From Escherichia phage bumzen, in the sequence record MN850635.1: a DNA stretch of 64,000 nt; one strand, written 5' to 3'. Positions 14,768-33,575 of the stretch are shown one piece after another. The notes beneath the pieces are model-generated. The model saw only the letters and a program-made list of their open reading frames with translations. It made no database searches and was not told the origin of the DNA. Numbering within the stretch: the first letter of the stretch is position 1; each line of letters starts with the position of its first letter. The position numbers and the translations under genes are program-made.

Positions 14768-15249
14768 TGGTTAAAAGGGTTATTCACCCCGCTAGAGCAA
14801 AATTAGTCGGGGCTATGAAGAACTTGCAAACGGCTAATGCTCAAGTTGGGTATTTTCAAGAACAAGGTCAACATAGCTCTGGTTTTTCTTATCCTGCTTT
14901 AATGTATTTACAAGAAGTTATTGGGGTTCCTTCAGCTTCTGGTAAAGTATATCGTAGGTTGTTTGAAATCACTATGATGCTAAACAAACAGACCTTGTTA
15001 GAGCAGACTAAGAAGAATCTATATAAGCAACTTAGCAGTCTCAACACAGACCCTTCAAATACCTTAGAAGCATTTGCAAAGAATGCTCAAAAGGCAATTA
15101 AAAGGGGTTTTGGTAATTCTGCTATCCTCCCTCCTAACGCACCTTCCACAGTCAAGAAAAAAGGCTTTAACGCACCTCTTGTTGAGACAGGTGACTTAAG
15201 AGATAACCTTGCTTATAAAATTTCTACTAAGAAGGGTATTAAGAAATGA
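14767..15249 (+). CDS. head-tail joining protein (hypothetical)
   Basis: 160 aa ORF, translationally coupled. Confidence 0.4.
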   Translation: MVKRVIHPARAKLVGAMKNLQTANAQVGYFQEQGQHSSGFSYPALMYLQEVIGVPSASGKVYRRLFEITMMLNKQTLLEQTKKNLYKQLSSLNTDPSNTLEAFAKNAQKAIKRGFGNSAILPPNAPSTVKKKGFNAPLVETGDLRDNLAYKISTKKGIKK

Positions 15250-15647
15250 GACTCTTAAACAGACACAGCTTTGTAGTAAAGCGTAAAGTCTCTGAAGACG
15301 GTTATTATAACGATGATGGTGATTGGGTAGCTTCACAAGATATTGTAGAGGTTAACTGTAAAGGTAATATCCAGCCATACATCAAAGGTTCTGTAAAGAA
15401 TGGTACACAGATTGCTTTACCGGAAGGTATCAGGCTTACCGATACAAGAATCCTGTATACCACATATAAACTTAGAACTTCAGATGATGTAGAGTGGAAT
15501 GAGTCTGATATTGTTATGATTGATGGTCATGAGTATGAAGTATTTATGACTATGGATTGGTCACAGCAATTAGCCCATACGTCCCATTATGAATATATCA
15601 TTATTAGAAGGGATAAAATGAATGCAGTTAGAAACAGCAGAACTTGA
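15246..15647 (+). CDS. tail completion protein (hypothetical)
   Basis: 133 aa ORF, overlapping start/stop. Confidence 0.4.
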   Translation: MRLLNRHSFVVKRKVSEDGYYNDDGDWVASQDIVEVNCKGNIQPYIKGSVKNGTQIALPEGIRLTDTRILYTTYKLRTSDDVEWNESDIVMIDGHEYEVFMTMDWSQQLAHTSHYEYIIIRRDKMNAVRNSRT

Positions 15648-16221
15648 AAAAGGTCTAGTTAGAACCTTAGTGGATGTTATTGGTCACAGACTAGCTCGTG
15701 ATAAAAATAATAGGCCAAACGTAATTAGAGCTTACCCTTCTGATAACTCAAATGACAAAGGTTTAAAACCTGACCAGCCATTTATCACCGTATATTGTCA
15801 AGATGCTGCAACACCTTATGGTTGGGTTCTTGATAAGTTTGTTGAGGATGATGTAGTTTGCTACAGAATTGCTTTTCAGATTCCTGTATTGATTACGGTA
15901 AATGGTAAAGGTGCTCACAGTATTATGCTTGAGCTTAAACAACGATTAGAGATGAGTTCAGTCAGAGATTTAATCCTTGAAGAAACAGGAGCTACAGTAC
16001 TAGACACTGGAGCTATCCCGAATGACTACACTTATCTCAATACAGATTTCGAAAATTCTGTGCCTCTTGTTGTAACTCTTGTAAAAAACTCAGTCCTGAA
16101 GGATGAACGTGGAAGTATTATTGAGCGTGTCATTGTTGATGGTGAGTTGGTTTATGAAGAAGGACAAGAGCCACCAGAATATACTATCCATCTAGATGTA
16201 GACTCCAAAGGGGTAAAATAA
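15622..16221 (+). CDS. tail-associated protein (hypothetical)
   Basis: 199 aa ORF preceding the sheath candidate. Confidence 0.4.
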   Translation: MQLETAELEKGLVRTLVDVIGHRLARDKNNRPNVIRAYPSDNSNDKGLKPDQPFITVYCQDAATPYGWVLDKFVEDDVVCYRIAFQIPVLITVNGKGAHSIMLELKQRLEMSSVRDLILEETGATVLDTGAIPNDYTYLNTDFENSVPLVVTLVKNSVLKDERGSIIERVIVDGELVYEEGQEPPEYTIHLDVDSKGVK

Positions 16222-17574
16222 ATGTGGAATCCAATTGTTAATGTAGATATTACATTGAACACCGCAGGAACTACAAGAGAAGGTTTTGGTTTGCCACTAT
16301 TCTTAGCTTCAACAGATAACTTTGAAGAAAGAGTGCGTGGTTACACTTCCTTAACTGAAGTTGCTGAAGATTTCGATGAGAATACTGCTGCATATAAGGC
16401 TGCTAAACAACTTTGGAGTCAGACTCCTAAAGTAACTCAGCTTTATATCGGTAGACGCGCTATGCAGTACACTGTATCAATTCCTGATGCCGTTACCGAA
16501 AGTACAGACTACTCAATTACTGTAGCTGTTGGCGGTGGAATTTCTCAACCATACCAGTACACAGCACAAGATTCAGACACTGCTGAGGTAGTGTTGCAAC
16601 AGTTTAAAACACAGATTGAAGCTGACCCAACAATCAAAGATAAGGTTTCTGTGAATGTAACTGGTAGCAATGGCTCTGCCACAATGATTATTACCAAAGC
16701 TGGTGATAATGACTTTGTGAAAGTAACAACCACAGCACAGACTGTATATATTGCAAGTACAACTGCTGATACAGCAGCAACTGCTCTGGCAGCTATCGAA
16801 GCTTACTCTACTGACTGGTATTTCATTGCAGCAGAAGACAGAACTCAACAGTTTGTCTTAGCAATGGCTTCTGAGATTCAGGCTCGTAAGAAAATCTTCT
16901 TTACGGCTAACTCCGATGTAACAGCCCTACAAGGTACAGAATTAGCCAGTGCAAATGATGTTCCAGCACAGCTTGCTAAGAATATGTACACTCGTACAGT
17001 TTGCTTGTGGCATCACGCAGCAGCAGAAGATTATCCAGAGATGGCATACATTGCTTATGGTGCTCCATATGATGCAGGCTCAATTGCTTGGGGTAATGCT
17101 CAGCTAACTGGCGTAGCAGCTTCTCTACAACCATCTAATCAGAGACCTCTGACAAGTATTCAGAAGTCTGCTTTAGATGTACGTCACTGTAACTTTATTG
17201 ACCTTGATGGTGGTGTTCCAGTGGTTCGTAGAGGGATTACTTCTGGTGGGGAATGGATTGATATCGTCCGTGGTGTTGACTGGTTAGAATCAGACCTGAA
17301 AACTTCTCTGAGAGACTTGCTAATTAACCAGAAGGGTGGTAAGATTACTTATGATGATACTGGTATTACCCGTATTCGTCAAGTCATTGAAACCTCTCTG
17401 CAAAGAGCAGTCAACAGAAACTTCCTGTCATCTTACACAGTTAATGTTCCTAAAGCCTCTCAAGTTGCTTTAGCAGACAAGAAAGCACGTATCCTGAAAG
17501 ATGTTACCTTCGCAGGTATCTTAGCAGGGGCTATCTTGGATGTTGACTTGAAAGGTACAGTGGCTTACGAATAA
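16222..17574 (+). CDS. tail sheath protein
   Basis: 450 aa ORF in the Mu/P2-like order sheath, tube, chaperones, tape measure. Confidence 0.55.
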   Translation: MWNPIVNVDITLNTAGTTREGFGLPLFLASTDNFEERVRGYTSLTEVAEDFDENTAAYKAAKQLWSQTPKVTQLYIGRRAMQYTVSIPDAVTESTDYSITVAVGGGISQPYQYTAQDSDTAEVVLQQFKTQIEADPTIKDKVSVNVTGSNGSATMIITKAGDNDFVKVTTTAQTVYIASTTADTAATALAAIEAYSTDWYFIAAEDRTQQFVLAMASEIQARKKIFFTANSDVTALQGTELASANDVPAQLAKNMYTRTVCLWHHAAAEDYPEMAYIAYGAPYDAGSIAWGNAQLTGVAASLQPSNQRPLTSIQKSALDVRHCNFIDLDGGVPVVRRGITSGGEWIDIVRGVDWLESDLKTSLRDLLINQKGGKITYDDTGITRIRQVIETSLQRAVNRNFLSSYTVNVPKASQVALADKKARILKDVTFAGILAGAILDVDLKGTVAYE

Positions 17575-17589
17575 TAGAGGTAAATTGGA

Positions 17590-18036
17590 ATGGCTATGTA
17601 TCAGCAATATTCCCCTAAAGACGTTGTATGTAGCTGGAACGGCATTGCTATTGAAGGCTTTGCTCCAGACTCATTCTTGCGTCTACAGAGAACATCACCA
17701 CTTGTGACACCAGTTGTTGGTGCAGGTGGTCAGGTTGCTCTGACACGAAATGCAGACAAGACAGGTACTATTGAGATTGAGCTAATGCAGACTTCTCTCT
17801 CTAACCAGATGCTTTCTGCAATTCAAGCTAAACAAGACAATATGGAACTTGAAGAAGATATCTCTTCTAACTTCGTAATCTACGACCCATCAGGCTCTGT
17901 TCTGGCAACTGGTATTAACGCTTGGTTGCAGGAGTTACCACAGATTGAACTTGGTCGTGACCAGAACTCTAAAACTTGGATTTTTGGTTGTGAGAAGTTA
18001 GACTACACTTCTACAATTCCAGCGTCAAGTGTTTAA
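17590..18036 (+). CDS. tail tube protein
   Basis: 148 aa ORF directly after the sheath; followed by a strong terminator. Confidence 0.55.
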   Translation: MAMYQQYSPKDVVCSWNGIAIEGFAPDSFLRLQRTSPLVTPVVGAGGQVALTRNADKTGTIEIELMQTSLSNQMLSAIQAKQDNMELEEDISSNFVIYDPSGSVLATGINAWLQELPQIELGRDQNSKTWIFGCEKLDYTSTIPASSV

Positions 18037-18048
18037 TAAATCCTATAA

Positions 18049-18080
18049 GGGGGAGACTTTAAAAGGTCTTCCCCTTTTTT
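18049..18080 (+). terminator. rho-independent terminator
   Basis: GGGGGAGAC-tttaaaa-GGTCTTCCCC followed by TTTTTT. Confidence 0.7.
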
Positions 18081-18108
18081 GTTTCTTTTAAAGTATTAAG
18101 GAATCACA

Positions 18109-18507
18109 ATGAAAACAGAATCTAGAGTAATTAATGGTAAGAAAGTAAATATCGTTCTGCTTGGGGCAAGAGATGGTATTAAGATGTCTATGAAGTTGGG
18201 TAAGATTGTTGTCCCAACCTTTGCACAGATGCTATCAAGTCTGACTGACAAGGGTAAGAAAGAAGCTCCAATGGTTCCATTTAAAGAACTTGTTGAAGCT
18301 TGTTTTGACAGAATTGAAGAAATTAACCTTGAAGAGATGGCTACCCTGCTGTTTCAAGGGGCAACTGTTGATGACTTCCCACTTAATATTGATACGTACT
18401 TCCAAGCAAACTATGGTGAGTTCATTGATTACTTAGCATTTGCGCTGGAGGCAAACTTCGGAAGTTTTTTCGAAGCAAGCATTTTCAAAAGCCTAACTTC
18501 TCAGTAA
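18109..18507 (+). CDS. tail assembly chaperone (hypothetical)
   Basis: 132 aa ORF upstream of the tape measure. Confidence 0.45.
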   Translation: MKTESRVINGKKVNIVLLGARDGIKMSMKLGKIVVPTFAQMLSSLTDKGKKEAPMVPFKELVEACFDRIEEINLEEMATLLFQGATVDDFPLNIDTYFQANYGEFIDYLAFALEANFGSFFEASIFKSLTSQ

Positions 18508-18509
18508 AC

Positions 18510-18748
18510 ATGGGTAACACTCTACAGACACCACTAACTGATGCTGCTGTAGAGGCAACCTATGAAGAAGCAGACGAGATGAAATTTGTGCTTGCTATTT
18601 ATGGTATGGAAGGGTGTAAAGAAACACTTGACCAACTCTTTGCTATGACATTCTCTGATTTATTATCATTGAGACAATTTCTTGAAATTCAGAGGTCGTA
18701 TAAAGAGGAAATTGCTTACAACGAACTTAGAAGAGCAGGAAAAATGTA

Positions 18749-18749
<1 letters not shown>
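18510..18749 (+). CDS. tail assembly chaperone, second ORF (hypothetical)
   Basis: 79 aa ORF abutting the tape measure start. Confidence 0.4.
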
Positions 18750-26747
<7,998 letters not shown>

Positions 26748-26749
26748 TA

Positions 26750-27898
26750 ATGGCAGTAGGTGAAATTCAAATTAGTGCCTTGCCTCAAGCAGCCTTACCA
26801 ATTGACCTTAGTGATATCTTCCATCTTAAACAGGGTATCGAGGATAAGAGATGTACTCTTGAGCAATTACTTGCTCCACACTCAAGCCTAAGAAATAACC
26901 CTCATGGTGTTACTAAGACACAAATTGGTTTAGATAACGTTATTAATGCTCTCCAGTTAGTCGCTGCAAATAACTTATCAGATATTGTTAATGTAGCTGA
27001 GGCAAGAGCAAATCTACAGATTATGTCTTCAGAAGAGGTTAATAGCCTTATTCAACAGCATATTAATGACAAGAGCAACCCACACAATACAACTAAGGCG
27101 CAGGTTGGTTTAAGTAATGTCCAGAACTGGGTGACATCTAACCTTTATAATGAGGATGCAGATAAGTATGCTACAGCAAGAGCAGTAAATAACTTGTACA
27201 AGGCTGTTCAGGCTTCTTATCCAGTAGGTACTATCCATCTCTCTATGAATCCTGCAAACCCTTCTACATATTTAATTTGTGGAGGTACTTGGGAGTTAGT
27301 TTCAAAAGGAAGAGCACTTGTAGGTTATGATAGAGATTCTAGGCCAGTTGGTTCAACGTTTGGTTCACAGACTACTGCACTGACGGTTAATAACATCCCT
27401 GCACATACCCACTCAGTGTATGTCACTGGTGGTGGTCACACTCATGGTGCAACGGCCTCTGTCAGTGCTTTTGATTATGGCACTAAAGGGACTACAACGT
27501 TTGACTACGGAACCAAGACCGTATCTACTTACGACTATGGCAACAGAACAACAAGTGCCGCTGGCTTAACACAAACAACATTCATTAACCGTGGCTATGC
27601 TGATGGTGGCTGGAGAGGTTTATCGGTTGAGGGGGCAAGCTATGACCCAAGAGCTACGTTGACAACAGCTAACAACCACACTCACTCTGTAGCAATTGGT
27701 GCGCATAATCACACAGTGGGGATTGGTGCTCACAGCCATTCTGTTGCAATTGGTTCCCACAACCACTCAGCAACAGTAACAGTAACCGGAGCAGGTGAGC
27801 ATTCGCACTCTGGCACAACTGGCACAACTGGTTCTGGTCAAGCATTTAGCGTTGAGCAGCCATCCTTCGTATTGTATGTATGGCAGAGAACAGCTTAA
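26750..27898 (+). CDS. tail fibre protein with His-rich C-terminal tip
   Basis: 382 aa; C-terminal repeats PAHTHSV, GGHTHGA, FDYGTK x3, HTHSVAIGAHNHTVGIGAHSHSVAIGSHNHS. Confidence 0.65.
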   Translation: MAVGEIQISALPQAALPIDLSDIFHLKQGIEDKRCTLEQLLAPHSSLRNNPHGVTKTQIGLDNVINALQLVAANNLSDIVNVAEARANLQIMSSEEVNSLIQQHINDKSNPHNTTKAQVGLSNVQNWVTSNLYNEDADKYATARAVNNLYKAVQASYPVGTIHLSMNPANPSTYLICGGTWELVSKGRALVGYDRDSRPVGSTFGSQTTALTVNNIPAHTHSVYVTGGGHTHGATASVSAFDYGTKGTTTFDYGTKTVSTYDYGNRTTSAAGLTQTTFINRGYADGGWRGLSVEGASYDPRATLTTANNHTHSVAIGAHNHTVGIGAHSHSVAIGSHNHSATVTVTGAGEHSHSGTTGTTGSGQAFSVEQPSFVLYVWQRTA

Positions 27899-27908
27899 TT
27901 TCTTTACA

Positions 27909-27928
27909 GGGGCTGTATAGCCCCTTTT
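27909..27928 (+). terminator. rho-independent terminator
   Basis: GGGGCT-gtat-AGCCCC followed by TTTT. Confidence 0.65.
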
Positions 27929-27944
27929 AAGAGGAAAATTTATA

Positions 27945-30299
27945 ATGGCAGATTACAAGTTGAGTGAATTAAACTCAATTGATACAATTCGTTCAGACGA
28001 CCTCCTTCATATCAGGGTTAAAAAGAGACCTGAAATGCTGGGTGATGAAGACCGTCGAATGACCTATCAAGACTTCTTAGCGTCTTTTAAACTAGAAAGA
28101 TTTGTCCAGATTGCTGGTAGCACTATGACGGGTGACTTAGGAATTGTCAAGTTACTTTATGGTGGTAAGGCAGTATTTGACCCTACAGGTTCTTCTGAGA
28201 TTACTATGGGGGATGTTTTAAAGGCTTTTAAAATCAATGCAAATGGTCTTAAACTAACTATTGCAGATGCTTCAAGGTCTGCAACTGTTTATCATACTCT
28301 TAATAAGCCAAGTCCTAATGAACTTGGGATGAGAACTAATGAAGAGAATGATGCAAGATACTCAAGATTGGCTGCAAATAACACCTTTAGAGGTACTCAA
28401 AATATTCTATCTGATAATGAAACTATTATTGTTAAGAATATTACACAAGGAATGCCGCTGTATATTCGCGGTCAAGATGCAGATGGTACTAACAGGTGGT
28501 ATCTAGGTAATGATAACAAAGGTACAGACAATCTTGTTTTAAAAAATGTTAAATCTGGTGCATATGTAGCTATTTTGGGTAGCTTAATCACTGTGAACAA
28601 ATCTATCCAGATTACTGGTCAAGTTCAACCTTCTGATTGGTCTAACTTAGATACTAGATACTTTACTCAGACAGCAGCTAATCAGAGATTTGCACAGCTA
28701 GTTGGTAATAACACCTTCAGGGGTATTAACAATTTTGTAGGAGAGTTCAATATCACCAGAGATAACGCTGTGCTAGTCGTTAAGAATGCCACTGCTGCAA
28801 CTGGACTGTACTTGCTGGGGCAGAAGGCTGATGGGACAAACAAGTTCTACTTAGGGACTGATGACTCTGATTCTGTAGTTAATCTACATAACTACATCAC
28901 AAGCACAACCATCTCTTTGTCAAATGTGATTACCACTACTAAGACTGTGAAAATCACTGGACAAGTTCAACCTTCAGATTGGACTAACATTGACTCTAGA
29001 TACATCTCAGCAGGAACTTTGAGTAATCTTGCTAAGTTAAGTGATGTAAACACTTTTAGGATTGCACAGATTATTAATCAGAATGGTTCATTGTTACAGC
29101 TAAAGAATACTACACAAGACAAAGAGCTATACTTTGCTGGTCATAATGCTGATGGTGTTAGAAGGTGGTACATTGGGAATGGGGAACCATCCAACCCAGA
29201 AAGATTTATTATCCATAACGACAGAACTGCAACTACGATTTATATGCAAGATGATTTCTTGCTGAATAAAACTGTTAAAATTACTGGTCAAGTTCAACCA
29301 TCTGATTGGTCTAACTTAGATGCTAGATACTTCACTCAGGCAGCAGCTAATCAGAGATTTATGTATGCAGGTTCTACAGGAGAAGCTACAGAGCAGAATG
29401 CAGATGGTGTGGCATGGAACGCTAAAACAGGCTTATATAATGTAACCTCAACAAATGCTGATTACACAGCACTTGTGTTTCAAATGTATCAGGGGGTGAC
29501 CTCTTCTACTGCCTGTGCGCAATTAAAGTTCCAGTATAAAAACGGTGGAATGTGGTACAGAACATCTGTAGCTAGTAAAGGTTTTGAAGCTAAGTGGTCT
29601 AAGGTTTACACAGAGGCTCAGAAACCAACCCCTTCAGAGCTTGGTGCATACACTAAAGCAGAAACTGACCAGAAGATTGCACAGGCAGTAAGTGACTCTA
29701 CAGACCTTAATAAAATCTACCCAGTAGGTATTGTAACGTGGTTTAACAGTAATGTTAACCCTAATACAGCACTGCCTGGTCTAACTTGGACGTACCTTAA
29801 CAATGGTGTTGGTAGAACTATCAGAATTGCAGCAGCAAACGGTTCAGATGTTGCTACAACAGGTGGTTCAGACTCTGTGACGTTAGCTGTTGGTAACTTA
29901 CCATCACACACTCACAGTTTTTCTGCTACCACTTCATCTTTTGACTACGGAACAAAAAACACTAACACGACTGGTGCTCACGCTCACTCTGTAAGTGGCT
30001 CTACTTCATCTGCTGGTAACCACAACCATTCCATTTCGTGGATTGGTCAGAACTCTAAACACTACTCTGGTGGTGGTGGTGGTAGTATTGGTGTAGGACC
30101 GGGTTACACCGATGCTAACGGTGCTCACACCCACTCTGTAAGTGGTACTGCCGCTTCTGCTGGTAACCATGCTCACAGTGTAGGTATCGGTGCTCACACC
30201 CATACAGTTAGTGGTAACACTGGTGGTACAGGTTCTGGTTCAGCATTTAGTGTTACTAACCAGTTCTACAAGTTAATGGCTTGGGTAAGAACTGCTTAA
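27945..30299 (+). CDS. long tail fibre protein with internal repeats and His-rich C-terminal tip
   Basis: 784 aa; three copies of [11 protein letters not shown](S/T)N(L/I)D; C-terminus [29 protein letters not shown] repeats. Confidence 0.7.
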   Translation: MADYKLSELNSIDTIRSDDLLHIRVKKRPEMLGDEDRRMTYQDFLASFKLERFVQIAGSTMTGDLGIVKLLYGGKAVFDPTGSSEITMGDVLKAFKINANGLKLTIADASRSATVYHTLNKPSPNELGMRTNEENDARYSRLAANNTFRGTQNILSDNETIIVKNITQGMPLYIRGQDADGTNRWYLGNDNKGTDNLVLKNVKSGAYVAILGSLITVNKSIQITGQVQPSDWSNLDTRYFTQTAANQRFAQLVGNNTFRGINNFVGEFNITRDNAVLVVKNATAATGLYLLGQKADGTNKFYLGTDDSDSVVNLHNYITSTTISLSNVITTTKTVKITGQVQPSDWTNIDSRYISAGTLSNLAKLSDVNTFRIAQIINQNGSLLQLKNTTQDKELYFAGHNADGVRRWYIGNGEPSNPERFIIHNDRTATTIYMQDDFLLNKTVKITGQVQPSDWSNLDARYFTQAAANQRFMYAGSTGEATEQNADGVAWNAKTGLYNVTSTNADYTALVFQMYQGVTSSTACAQLKFQYKNGGMWYRTSVASKGFEAKWSKVYTEAQKPTPSELGAYTKAETDQKIAQAVSDSTDLNKIYPVGIVTWFNSNVNPNTALPGLTWTYLNNGVGRTIRIAAANGSDVATTGGSDSVTLAVGNLPSHTHSFSATTSSFDYGTKNTNTTGAHAHSVSGSTSSAGNHNHSISWIGQNSKHYSGGGGGSIGVGPGYTDANGAHTHSVSGTAASAGNHAHSVGIGAHTHTVSGNTGGTGSGSAFSVTNQFYKLMAWVRTA
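28611..29360. repeat. intragenic tandem repeats (about 335 bp period, 3 copies) in the long tail-fibre gene
   Basis: ATTACTGGTCAAGTTCAACC(T/A)TCTGATTGG at about 28611, 28953 and 29281. Confidence 0.6.
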
Positions 30300-30306
30300 T
30301 CCCTTG

Positions 30307-30335
30307 TTGACTGATTGTTAAGATGGTGTTAATAT
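30307..30335 (+). promoter_or_regulatory. sigma70-like promoter candidate
   Basis: TTGACT (30307-30312), 17-nt spacer, TAATAT (30330-30335). Confidence 0.5.
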
Positions 30336-30378
30336 TCTTTATGGGTATTCTCACCATCTTGGCTGATGAGGTGATTAA

Positions 30379-30573
30379 ATGCCTACAATCCTAGCAATTC
30401 TTCTAAAAAATCTAGGTAGCTTCTTCTGGAAACTCATTTTATCCCTTCTAAGTGAATACATGATTGAGAAAGTGTTCTTTAAGCTTGCAAGATACCTTGC
30501 GAGTAAAACAGACACACCTATTGATGATGAGTTCGTAGATAACTTAGAAAAAGCTTTTAAGGGGGAGAAATAA
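30379..30573 (+). CDS. small membrane protein (holin-like?)
   Basis: 64 aa; hydrophobic N-terminus ILAILLKNLGSFFWKLILSLL. Confidence 0.4.
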   Translation: MPTILAILLKNLGSFFWKLILSLLSEYMIEKVFFKLARYLASKTDTPIDDEFVDNLEKAFKGEK

Positions 30574-30945
30574 ATGAAGTGGCTAGAGGAAGCTTTTAAA
30601 AATAATATTGGTGCAATTGTAGTTGGTATTTTTAGTGTTATTGGGATGTATACCACGATGCAAGTCTCAAGTGGTAAGCAAGAAGTATCTGTCACAACAA
30701 AGTTACAGCAGCTAGATAATTATTCCAAAAGTAACTATTCAGCTATTCGTGATTTACAGTCTGACATGAGACTGATTCAGCTAGGGATGGAGAACCAGAA
30801 AGTTCAGTTAGAGAATGTTAAGGGTGAAAACGCAAAACTTACCAAAACTCTTGATAAATTCTCTGACAGTGTGAACAATCTGGCTCAATCAGTATCAGCC
30901 TTGCAAGCTATTACTGAAAAGAACACAAAGAATACTGAAAAATAA
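30574..30945 (+). CDS. membrane-anchored coiled-coil protein (spanin-like?)
   Basis: 123 aa; N-terminal TM segment IGAIVVGIFSVIGMY then heptad-like region; no endolysin seen in this window. Confidence 0.4.
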   Translation: MKWLEEAFKNNIGAIVVGIFSVIGMYTTMQVSSGKQEVSVTTKLQQLDNYSKSNYSAIRDLQSDMRLIQLGMENQKVQLENVKGENAKLTKTLDKFSDSVNNLAQSVSALQAITEKNTKNTEK

Positions 30946-30952
30946 AATTTAA

Positions 30953-30978
30953 GGCTCCCGTAAAAAGGAGCCTTTTTT
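30953..30978. terminator. bidirectional rho-independent terminator between convergent gene blocks
   Basis: GGCTCC-cgtaaaaa-GGAGCC with TTTTTT downstream and an A/T run upstream. Confidence 0.7.
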
Positions 30979-30982
30979 GTTT

Positions 30983-31882
30983 TTACTTACCTACTGACAG
31001 AGGTGCTTCAATCTTCCCTGCATGTTGGTAGTTGTTAATACCACCAATAAAATCACTTGCAGTAAGATGTTTCAGGTCACTCAGGGTGTTAAGCTGTACA
31101 CCAATCTCAAAAGTAGGTGCATGGAACTCTTCATTGTTCATCAGTTTATAAACCTGCTTCATATGGTTCTGATAAATCTGGGTATCCCCAAAGACACCTA
31201 TCAAGTACCGTGGAGTGTATCCAGTCATCTTGCAAAGAACTTCTAAGATGAAGCCATAAGACGCAATGTTAAATGGAAGCCCTAAAAAGGTGTCTACAGA
31301 ACGTTGATACCATTGCAAGTCAACTTCACCTTCGTTAGTGATATAAATCTGAAACAGGACATGACAAGGTGCTAAAGCCATTGAGTTTGCTGCGATATCT
31401 GCTGCATTCCAAGCATTAACAAGCATGTATCGGTCTGTGATATCACCCTTCATCTTCGTTACTAAGGTCTCTAGCTGGTCTACAACACAACCGTTATAAC
31501 CTTCAAAGTTTCTCCACTGAACTCCATAGATTCTCCCACCTGCATCCTCTAACCAATCTTGTTCAGAAGAATAATTAGAGCTTAACCAACGTTTAAAATC
31601 ATCTGACCAGATAGTCCAGCGTTCTCCGTCATTTTCATCCCAAGTACGGTAACGAAGTTCACCCAGCTTATTCTCACCATTCAGGAACCATAAAGCCTCC
31701 CCAATAACTTGCCGTGTAAACACCTGTTTAGATGTTAAGAGCGGGAAACCAGTCCTCATATCAAAACGAAACTGAGGTGGAGCAAAAGCAGAGATAACAT
31801 CTCCAGTTCGTGTAGTACGCAGTTCACCAACGGATAAAACATGGTTCAGGATATTTTTGTAACTTGTATCTGCTTGTGACAT
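30983..31882 (-). CDS. thyA: thymidylate synthase
   Basis: 299 aa; ThyA-like N-terminus ...RTGDVISAFAPPQFRFDMRTGFPLLTSK; active-site LAPCHVLFQ. Confidence 0.85.
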   Translation of the reverse strand: MSQADTSYKNILNHVLSVGELRTTRTGDVISAFAPPQFRFDMRTGFPLLTSKQVFTRQVIGEALWFLNGENKLGELRYRTWDENDGERWTIWSDDFKRWLSSNYSSEQDWLEDAGGRIYGVQWRNFEGYNGCVVDQLETLVTKMKGDITDRYMLVNAWNAADIAANSMALAPCHVLFQIYITNEGEVDLQWYQRSVDTFLGLPFNIASYGFILEVLCKMTGYTPRYLIGVFGDTQIYQNHMKQVYKLMNNEEFHAPTFEIGVQLNTLSDLKHLTASDFIGGINNYQHAGKIEAPLSVGK

Positions 31883-31883
31883 A

Positions 31884-32429
31884 TCAAAAGTGTCCTTTTA
31901 CTTGTGGAACATAAATTTCAAAAGTTGCTTTACCATCCTCTGATGGTTTTGACTGTACCTTTGTAAACACACGGTTATCATACAGCTTCTCAAAGAAGTT
32001 TTCAAAAGGTAAATGCACAGTGGCCTCTTCAGTAACTTTATGGAAAACAGTATGGAACACCACACTAGCATACGGTAAAGCATTGACAAGGATACCTGCA
32101 CCACCAATTACAAAGACATCTTCATCAATAGAGCTATCAAGATACTTCAAAAATGCTCCAAATGACTCTTTACTGGCTTTAGCATACATTACATCATCTT
32201 TGCCAAAGTCTATGCCTAAGTATGGTACAGAATTTGTTAAGATGAGGTTTGCACGTTCTGGTAAAGGTTTACTACCCAGAGTCTTAAAAGTCTCATTACC
32301 CATGACTACTAAGTTATTTTTAGTGAGCCTCTTAAACTCTTGCATGTCCTGTTTATGTCGAGGCCACGGCATACCAGTCGGTGTACCAAATTCACCGTTT
32401 TCACCACTTGCAAATATTAGCTTAATCAT
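31884..32429 (-). CDS. frd: dihydrofolate reductase
   Basis: 181 aa; MIKLIFASGENGEFG...GMPWP...VVMGNETF; adjacent to thyA. Confidence 0.8.
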   Translation of the reverse strand: MIKLIFASGENGEFGTPTGMPWPRHKQDMQEFKRLTKNNLVVMGNETFKTLGSKPLPERANLILTNSVPYLGIDFGKDDVMYAKASKESFGAFLKYLDSSIDEDVFVIGGAGILVNALPYASVVFHTVFHKVTEEATVHLPFENFFEKLYDNRVFTKVQSKPSEDGKATFEIYVPQVKGHF

Positions 32430-32686
32430 TTTGTAAATCCTTTCTTAATGAACCAGTTAATAACATTCTTCACAGCTTTATTGCTGTGATAGATTAAGTG
32501 TGGTGTAGGTTGGTATGAACCATAGGCCCAGAATGATAGATGCTCACCACAACCAACACATGTCGTACTCTCTTCAGCTATATGACCATTAACAATCACA
32601 TGAACTTCACCTTGCAAGTCTGTACATCCACAATGTGGGCATCGGATAGGTGTTCCATCAGACTCATAGCAGTGTTCAATTTTCAT
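32426..32686 (-). CDS. zinc-ribbon protein (hypothetical)
   Basis: 86 aa; Cys pairs CPHCGC and CVGCGEH. Confidence 0.45.
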   Translation of the reverse strand: MKIEHCYESDGTPIRCPHCGCTDLQGEVHVIVNGHIAEESTTCVGCGEHLSFWAYGSYQPTPHLIYHSNKAVKNVINWFIKKGFTK

Positions 32687-33202
32687 TTATTTAACCTCAA
32701 AAACTGGCTCAAGAACCAATATAAAATCTACACAGTCATCTTCTTCATCCAGAATACCATCAAAGTTCTTAGGAACGAAGTCGAAGAGGCTCATCACAAA
32801 ACAGTCAGAAGTAACCTTTATAGTTCCTCCCATGTTCTCTACAGTTAACACTGTACGACTTTCTTTTACCTCCCTCAGAAGATTACCTACAAAGTCATCT
32901 AAGAAGTACTTCATCAATGACTTAAAACCTTTAGGATAATCTGTACCAGAGTATGTTTCAATCTGCGGTACAAGCTTAACATTTATACTAGTCTTTGTTA
33001 AGAATGCACTAGAGAACATACTATCAGGTAGCTTACAAACAGTCTTTCCAGTACCTTCATGTTCAATCTCAACAAAACCAGCTTCGTCGCCACATGTAAC
33101 TATTTTAAAAGATGCTTCATTCTCATACTGTGAAGCCATAAACTTTTTAAGCATCTCTTTAAGGAAATCTGCATGAGCATCTTGTAAGTAGACATCAATC
33201 AT
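32687..33202 (-). CDS. hypothetical protein
   Basis: 171 aa ORF in the - strand operon. Confidence 0.45.
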   Translation of the reverse strand: MIDVYLQDAHADFLKEMLKKFMASQYENEASFKIVTCGDEAGFVEIEHEGTGKTVCKLPDSMFSSAFLTKTSINVKLVPQIETYSGTDYPKGFKSLMKYFLDDFVGNLLREVKESRTVLTVENMGGTIKVTSDCFVMSLFDFVPKNFDGILDEEDDCVDFILVLEPVFEVK

Positions 33203-33215
33203 AGTTAATCACCTA

Positions 33216-33575
33216 TTATGGGAACAGACACTTAATGTCATCGTTTTTGAAAACAAAACTCGTGTAGTTATGACCGTCAACATCCAGCCAAACAGCCTGA
33301 ACATCTACACCATCAAGATTCTGGTAAAGCTCTTTGATGAAGTGGTCTTTCACAATCTGACTGCTAGTTGTTTCCAGCTTAATGTTCGAGATTGCTGAAC
33401 CTACAGCCATATAGCCCATGACACGTTTCTTCTCAGTATGCTTAATCTTACCATCTTTGTAAGCCATAATGAGATTGGAAAGAATTTTTACACCATAATA
33501 CTTTTCAAGGTGAGTAGGTACACCATAAAAACCTAATGCGAAGTTTTCAGAGTGGATAATGTTTTCACGTTTCAT
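33216..33575 (-). CDS. hypothetical protein
   Basis: 119 aa ORF. Confidence 0.4.
   Translation of the reverse strand: MKRENIIHSENFALGFYGVPTHLEKYYGVKILSNLIMAYKDGKIKHTEKKRVMGYMAVGSAISNIKLETTSSQIVKDHFIKELYQNLDGVDVQAVWLDVDGHNYTSFVFKNDDIKCLFP

Noticed and set aside
30379-30945. Complete lysis cassette (holin, endolysin, spanin)
   Set aside because: Only two small membrane or coiled-coil proteins are present and no endolysin-like catalytic gene is in the window, so the lysis assignment stays tentative.
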